A DNA stretch of 64,000 bases from Bilabrum cf. latius (lineage: Eukaryota), in the NCBI GenBank assembly GCA_965178125.1, contig OZ237742.1, positions 310,001 to 374,000 on the forward strand, written 5' to 3'. Below the pieces are notes generated by a model. That model saw only the letters and a program-made list of their open reading frames with translations, searched no databases and had not been told where the DNA came from. Positions 56,301-64,000 of this stretch are shown here, piece by piece (position 1 is the first letter of the stretch; every line of letters starts with the position of its first letter). Both the position numbers and the translations under genes were made by a program.

Positions 56301-59300
56301 CATCAATGGCGCTTGCAATTGAGAGAACTTGCACGTGGCCTAAAATGACTCGCAGCACCGCGACCACGCCTGTCTTGTGCGATTTCTTGTCGATGTCCTC
56401 ATTGGCGTACTTGGCACCTGACCTGTGCGCCAGTAGCATCAGCCCACCGCAAGCTAGCATCGCGACTACGCACAGCCCAGCAAGCTAGAGACCAGCCTGT
56501 GTTGACTTGCACTCCAGGCAATCGCCAAAGGCAGAACGATGTCGACCAATCATGCACCGCTCGCAGCCCACACCAGCTCTTCCGTCTGCACACCCTTCGT
56601 GCGTGCTAGGCAGCAGGTCGGCATCGTCTCCAATTGCAGGAGATATCGCCACAGCCGACTCGAACTGCGTCTGGAGAGCGGTGAATGTCTCCTACTCAGT
56701 CGCGCCTGGTGGCACGAGAGAAGCCGCACTTGCCGGCACGATCGCTCTCCGTTGCTGGGGGTACTGCAAAGACGAGGCCCCCACGCACCAAGATGGCCGC
56801 CGGCAGCGCATAAATGGCAAATACTGCGACATGGCCCAAGGTACCCGCCATGAACCGTCGGCAGCAGTGCAATTGCCTTGGGACAGACCTCCGCACACGG
56901 CCATGGTCGCATCGACCGCTCGACAGGTCTTGCTGTCGGCATCCACCTCAGCGCCTGCCAAGTGCTAGTCGGCTCGACAAGACTCCAGCACTTCGGTCGG
57001 GGCCCATGTCCCAGCCGGTGCGGGGTTGTTGTTAGACATCGCACGGACTCGTACAATGAACGGGGCAGCATCGCTAGCAGACGCTATTGCCCTAAATACC
57101 TGGATGCCAGCGGCTGTAGGCGAAGCACTGCGAATTCTCGCGGCAACGTCAGGCGGGAGACCGGGGCTGAGGGGCAGCTATCGAGAATCCGGCAGCATAC
57201 TGGAAACGCTTGAGCCATCGTTTGATCCGGGGCGCGATGGGCTGCCCGGCACTGCGGGAATCGACGATTCACCCCATAGCACAGAGTCGCGCTCCAGCAC
57301 CGTGCGTCGAGCATCTACGAAAGCTGTGCTAGGATCTAGAACCGATTGCTGGATGCTGCTCAGGCGGATCACTTCCACCAAAAAGCCTGTTGCTTCTGTG
57401 AGCGTGTCTAGCGCGGCAGAAGAAGCCGAGCCTGCAGCGGTTAGTGCGTTGGACTCATCCGCCGGGGACGGGTACGTCCACATGACCTCGATCTGAGTGG
57501 GGTCTCCGATCGGTCGCCTGGCGTACACCGTCCAAGGTATCAAAGCTGGCACTCTTGCTCTGCTGGCCTGCTCCGTCTGCACCCTGATCCCTGTCGAGCA
57601 CACACGTGATCGCAGGCAGACGCGGACCACGGCGAACGGGCTGGGCACCGTGATCTGCGAGCCATTCAAACGTTCGATGAACTCGAGATGCAGCCGTTCG
57701 GCCTCAAATATAGGCAAGGAGCCTTCAAATGCAACTGATGGATTCCCCCCATCCCACGAACGAATGGGCACGAGTGAGAAAGTCGTGGACGCACCGGCCT
57801 GGGTTCGCCGCCGGCCGTGCACTTCGTCGTCGTACCACAGAAGCTCTGAGTCGTCCAGAGACGGAGACTGGCCCAGTCGAGGTACGACCGTCTCGACTAG
57901 CACACCCGTCACGTCATCTGGAGCATACCCCAGCGATGAACCGAACAGCTGCACCGGGACGGACTCGCGAATCAAGCGATCCGAGATGGCAGAGATCGTA
58001 GGCACGTCCTGCGTCTCTAGCAGCCCAGCCACGGCGGAGGACTCTCGGCCGCCGATCGAAACCTAGATGGAGTTCATTTGGGGCCACTGTTGAGCGACTG
58101 GTTCTACTCGATTGCATCGAACACAACTCGAGTTGTGCACCTCCATATCCTGGCACCGCCGGCCTGCGACAAGCATGCCGAGCAATATATCCCCACGAGA
58201 CGCAACAGCATCCATGTCAAGGAGTCCAGGAAAAAAATCAGTCCCGCAAACAAGAAGCCCACTTTCGGCAGTACCTCCAGCCCCGCTCCCGCTCAGGTCA
58301 TCCGCGAAGAGAATCCTGGAAGGATACACGGCAGTAGGCACCGGTGGGTCGTAGCTGAAGGACCCCTCTGCATGCAGACCGCCTCGCGTGTACACGCGCA
58401 CGAGGGCCTCGGCCACGAAGCCAGGAGTTGCGGTGAATACGAGCTCCAGAGGGTTCACCCACTACCACTCTGCCGACAACCAGCTCAACGATGAGTTAAC
58501 CACAACCCGCTCGATGTCGCTTGCAGCGGACCCGAGTCCACTCCCGACAACTCGAAGCAATGCGCCCCCTTCTGCTGGAACGCTTCCATGCACCACAGTC
58601 TGGACAAAAGGGGGCGGAACTGGCCTGATAAGATCCGGAAACTGGAATGTGTTTGTCACGTTACCCTCCACCATCGAGACGCGCACATCGGCGCTTGTCC
58701 ATTCAGCTGGATGCACCACGCCGGTGCATCGAAGCGTCGTATGCGAGAGAACGTCAATATCAGCGCAAGATTCGTTGCCGATCGAAACAGAAGCCAGTAA
58801 ATCTCCAGAAAATCCGACGCCGCGAAGGGTAAAGTCCGTCGATATCGATCCGTTTGAGGGCAGCACGCTTGCTGGGGAGACGGACTGGACCACGGGGTCT
58901 GCCGTGGAATACGATATGGCACCAGAGCTGGACTGGCCGTCGACCACAACGGTGACTGTCAGGTCCAATCCCGACACAGCAGGTGCCCTGCAATTAATCT
59001 ACGAATCAGACAAGTGCACCGGGCTGTCGCACGGTACGCCATTGATCAACACCGACGGGGTTGCGGTCGGAACGCGGCTAGCATTCGCTGCATCCACAGG
59101 TCTGCCAAAGCCGGTCCCTAGGATCTGCAACAAGCTGCCAGTTCCTGGAGAGCTCGCACGCGGGAGCACTCCCTGGGACGGTTGCACATCAACGACTTCT
59201 GGAGCAGCATACGCAACGGTGCCGGCAAGCATCTAGTCCGGCAGCACACCAGGAATGCTTGCTTCGAACGCAAGCAGCACCTGGCTCTGCACGCCAGTGC

Positions 59301-62300
59301 CAGGGGGCGCACTACAGCACAGCGTGTCCCAACCAGCCACACGGAGCTGTCCGCAATCTCTGCCTCCAACTGCAACTCGAGCAAGATCCTTCTCCACCAG
59401 ACCAAGGGCGATGACTGGAGACCAGTTCCGGAACAGACACAGCGTTGACCCGCCTGCTGTAGACAGCACAGGAACAGCATCAGCGGTGAAGGGCATTACC
59501 TCTGACGCGCCGAGTACGACCGTGCCATCCTCAAACGGCACGGCTGGGAGCATGAGCTACCTTGGTGAGAATGCCACGAGATCGCCGCGGAGAATGTGCA
59601 CTTCGTCGCCAAAATCAAAGGCTCGCACGATTGACCGCCCCTTCAGTTGATCTGTGATCGTCAGCGTGCTCATAATTTGCGTGCTGAGCCAGAGGCTTGG
59701 CCGGGGAAGTGCAACCGTCACTTCCCCGCGCTTGCTTTGATCCAAACTGCCGACAGGCACACCATCCATTACACTGCGCATCGAGCTGGGAGCCATTGGC
59801 AGCGAAGCCGGAGACACGCAACGGATGACCTCCCCACAGGCCAGTTTCATCAGGGATGCGGACGGCCCGAACTGCACAGGTGCAACCAGGGAGGGGTCAG
59901 CCACATTGTCCAAGCTGCCGAGTCCTAGGTACCTGCCAACACCCCAGCAGCGCACTTCACCCGTCTCAAGTACTGCACAGCTGTGACGATTGCCGACCGC
60001 GACCGACACGGCGCGGCCCCCGACCTGGTCCAGCCTAACTGGCAGCGGCGAGTCAGCAGGGTCGTACACGCTGGAGGTGTCTAGCCCAGTGCCAAGCCTG
60101 CCTTGTGCCCCGATTCCGAAGCACCGGACAGAACCCGTGTGCGTCAACACGCACGTGTGCCCACCGCTCGCACTCACTTCGATCGCTCGGTCGTCTCCCA
60201 GATCGATTCGGCGATGCTCTGCCGGATCCTCAACGCTCTCTACTCCGCGCCCAAGGCCAAGAGCCCCGGTCGAAGCTCTGCCCCAACACTTGCAGCTCCC
60301 ATCGAGCAGCACGGCACAGGCGTACGAGGCGCCCACGCTAATCTGCACGGCTGTAGAGTTGGCCTACCCCAGGACACCGTTCTGCACGAACCGGATTGGC
60401 CGGGACTCTTCAAACGTCGAAACGTCGTCAATGGTGCTGAATCCCACGTAACCTGCGCGTCCAACACACTTCACAGCACCGTTATTTTGAAGCACGCACG
60501 ATGCAAACTACCCAGCGCCTGCACCGATGGCCCAAGCGTCCTCTGTGGAGTTCGAAACACGGATGGCCGGCACAGCAGACGGGTCACGCACCTGCACCGG
60601 CACAGAAGGCCCGCGGCCCAGATGGGGCCCTCCTCTGCCCCACGTTGAAATAGTCCCGTCTGTGAGCACTGCAACGGTGTACCCTTGCCCGCACGCCACT
60701 GCTACGGCCTTTCCAGACGAGTTGGTTGGCAACGGCACGGGGGGCAGCCTCCAGGGCTCAGCCACGGCCGCGCTGCCCTGGCCCAGTTCACCGAACGAGT
60801 TGGACCCGAAGCATCTAAGATCCTGCCTGTCATCTATGACGCACGTGTGCTCGAAGCCAGCGGACACTAGCACCGCCTGCCTGTCGTTCTGCCCTCGCCT
60901 CTCATCCAGCTGCAAAGGGGGCACGCTCGATGGCCTCAAAATGTCCTCAGACTGATCCACGCCAAGGTTGCCTGAGATGGAGTCGCCGAAGCACTGCAAG
61001 TCTCCGACCTCGCTGACGGCACACGTGTGCGAGGCTCCTGCGCTCAGCTGCACGGTTCTCGGGCCCATTCCCCTCAAGCGCACCTGGGCAGCATCGAGGG
61101 GAGCGAGGACGGGGTCGTTGCCCCGCTACCCGTAGCCCGTCCCGGTGGCAAGACCGAAGCATCGCAGCCTGCCTGATTCCAAAGCGGCGCACGTGAACAT
61201 GTCACCGACAGACACGTCCACTACCGCCTCCCCCAGCTGCACGGCAGGCGTGTCTTCAGGGTCCAGAATGTTCGACTGGTCGCCCTGGCCCAGCTTACCG
61301 CCTAGGCCCTCGCCGAAGCAATAAAGGTCCCTGTCGATAGACAGCACGCACGTGTGCGCTACAGAGGCATAAACTTTCGCTACCGGTCTTAAATTTGGCC
61401 CGCATCGCCTCCGACGTAGCCTCCTTGGGTCGGGCACAGAGCTGGACGAGCTGCCGTAGCCCAGGTAGCGCCTGCCCCAGCACTTCAGCGTGTTGTCTGC
61501 AAGCACCGCACACGTGTGCGCATCTGCTGCGCTGACATCCAGCGCGCCAATCCCGCTCGAAGACAGTTCCACGGCTGTTGTCGTGCTCGGGTCGAGCACT
61601 CCGATCGTGAGACCCGTGCCCAATTGCCCCGCCCCGTTGTCTCCCCAGCAAATCACCCTCTGTGTCTCAGTGAGAGCGCAGGTGTGGCGAGCACCGGCAG
61701 ACACTGCGACTGCCTTCGTATCATTCGAGTCAAGGCGCGCGAGGCCCCGCTGGTACGGCACGTTCTGGTCCGTGGTACCAACGCCGCACTGGCCCTCGGC
61801 ATTGGCTCCCCCGCAGCGGACTCGGCCTGTCATAGCCTCGATCAGGCACATGTGTTCCCCTCCCGCGCTTATAGACGCAGCGCTGTAGTTCAGAGAGGCA
61901 ACGGCCGATGGCGATAGCACGTTCGCGTTTGAATCGGTGCCAAGCTGCTTCTCGCCGCCTTCTCCCCAGCACTTGACGTGGCGCTTCGGCGCCAGGATCG
62001 CGCACGTGAAGTAGTCTCCCGCGTCAATAGACAGCGGGCTAAGGTTCGACTCGGATGGGTCCGCAGGCATCGCGTAGTCAATTTCTGCTGCCATACTTGC
62101 ATCGGGGGCGGGGTTCAGGTCACCGCGGCCAAGCTGGCCCTTGGAGTTGTCCGTGCCAAAGCACTTGGAGCCGCCGCCGGACGACAGCACGCATGTGTGC
62201 GCTAGTCCCGATGTCACACGCAGTGCATCCGCGCCGTGGATGCACGACCTTGTGTGTGAGCGCTTTCCAGCCTCGCTGCTACTGCTGCCTGGCAGTGCGA

Positions 62301-63213
62301 GCGGCACGGATTCTACCACTGTCCAATTCTGCTTCGGATCGGATGGCTAGAAATTCCTAAGAGTCGCAACTCTTACATGAAAGTGAAGCAAGGGTGGAAT
62401 CTACCCATTATCAGCAACAATGTCATTACTACCCACGACCGGGTTGGCACTAGCCGCAGCATGCAGCAGGCTTGACGGAATTGCCACTTCCTGCGCCTGG
62501 TTTGGCTGCGATTCGACGAGCATGGCCCTGCCGCATTCTGGGGCTGCATTCCAGCCAAAGTGCACCGATCTAGCAATCGACGAGCTATTTGTAGTACGGG
62601 TTGAGTTGGACTACTGTTCACCCGGCGAATTCGAAACCAGAGCCCAGCTTCGCACTGTCGGGCGTGACAGAAAGTTGGCTGAGCTGCACTATGAGAAACA
62701 TGATTGCGTACCTGTTTGCACCTAAACGAGAAGCACAGCCCCCCACAACTACTGCAGGAGATTCCTATGACAATCGACCGCCGAGCAGCGACCGCTCGCA
62801 TCGTGGAGTTCGCCACCAGCCGTTTGGGTGGCATTGAGCTGCAGAGCCCCGCTTCGGCCAGGACCGCCAACTGATACGCCAATCCATATTTCACTGCATT
62901 GATGCGGCAACTTTGCCGCTCTGCTGTGTGATTCGTTGGCAGCATATACATGGGGCACACGGTGGTTCTCGTTTTGATCGAATCGCTGCTACGAATTGCT
63001 CTGCCAACGGACCCGAATCTCGTCGAACCAAGGGATGGCCGAGGCATTGAGTTGACTGAAATCTTTGCATTCAGATATTGTTCCCGGCTCCGCCCGTGAA
63101 CACCACGGCAAGTCCCCGAGAGGCCCAGTAGCGCACTACGCGTAGTTTGCCAATACACCTAGAGCAACCACTACGAGGGCTATGTTTGGGCGCCTCGGTG
63201 TGATCAAACTCAT
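53380..63213 (-). CDS. Giant (~3,280 aa) cell-surface protein: signal peptide, RCC1 repeats, IPT/TIG domains, Cys-rich segment and TRP/GPCR-like multi-TM C-terminus
   Basis: Single frame from ATG 63213 (MSLITPRRPNIALVVVALGVLANYA*C) to TGA 53382-53380, interrupted only by TAG. RCC1 repeats (SAGxxHTC...CWG.NxxGQLG) at ~59850-62230. IPT-like units at ~58050-59500. CADGRAGVGCERC..CLEC, then LRVILGHVQVL...*WSEG...DC and YLLSSYRQGAPYWESINMLRR. Confidence 0.82.
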
Positions 63214-63685
63214 TGCCACCAAAACGTTCGGGACTCAGCTTCGAACAATGGGAGCATCTATCCAGCACTACCGCAGGGTGGCGTAGAAAGATGTAGATAC
63301 GCCGTGGCACCATGCGTGTGCGCGGCTGCCGGAACATGGTCGAACATGGTCGCAAGCAAGGGCTGACACAGACCAGCATTCAACAAGCACGGCAGCGGAT
63401 TTCGCCTCTTCAAACTGTCAAACGCACAGCTGCACTTTACAAACCAAATCGGCGAGCCACGGGAGATTCTTCATCCGCCGGCCGGTGGCAAGAGCCGGTT
63501 GGCACGTCCATGATCCGCTCTCAACCAATACCTCCTGCAACCCTCCGATGGTCTTAGCATAGAATTTTGTATATACTACACCAAGTCAGCCATATTCCGA
63601 GGCATGAGAGGCAAGAAAATCCACAAATCATCACACTACCGGCACCTAGCTTCGACTCACATCCATTCCGTGGCACAGCCTTAAG

Positions 63686-64000
63686 ATGGCAACTGCTGCT
63701 AGCATGGCTTTACGGAGCGTTTCAAGATCAGTGCTATGCACTAGGCTGTTCAGGGCTCTATCGGCAACGTCAGCACTGGGAGTCCCCGAAACTGGGCGGT
63801 GGCGTCGCATGCAGCAGAGCCACGGCGTTCGACTGGCGTCAACTTTTGTTTCCTAGCACTACGAACTTCCTAATAGGGCGGTTCAGTCATACCTCGACGC
63901 CGCTGGCCTGTCGTTCCGGATTAGTGGCAAGCACGCTGTCGTTCGCGAGTGCCCATTGTGTGGGAAGCCATCCAAAGGCCGAGCAGATAACATGTACAAG
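63686..64000 (+). CDS. Mitochondrial-targeted protein, probably the N-terminal zinc-binding region of Twinkle primase-helicase; truncated by the window end
   Basis: Transit-peptide-like MATAASMALRSVSRSVLCTRLFRALS, then TFVS[TAG]HYELPNRAVQSYL...HAVVRECPLCGKPSKGRADNMYK. TAG at 63854-63856. Confidence 0.55.

Overview
Gene-dense, GC-rich eukaryotic nuclear DNA with few short GT-AG introns. It is probably a stramenopile protist, inferred from a mastigoneme/Sig1-type EGF protein. The main result is a non-standard genetic code: TAG is a sense codon, most likely Gln, while TAA and TGA remain stops. With TAG read as sense, the fragmented ORF track collapses into about 21 genes, including three apparently intronless genes of 2,600-3,300 codons. 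Recognisable genes include a MYST acetyltransferase (3' end), PP2C, PSME3IP1/FAM192A-like, NDUFS6, an ankyrin-SAM-TKL kinase, a C2H2 zinc-finger array, an ammonium transporter, an SRPK, an EGF-repeat protein, LZIC, deoxyhypusine synthase, a GtaA-like protein, an RCC1-IPT multi-TM receptor-like protein and a probable Twinkle (5' end). Other points of interest are a minisatellite-like zinc-finger array that varies mainly at DNA-contact residues, a TM/pseudo-cyclase/kinase fusion and a candidate gustatory-receptor-like channel. No rRNA, tRNA, CRISPR array or mobile element was recognised. All family calls are from motif recall, not database searches.
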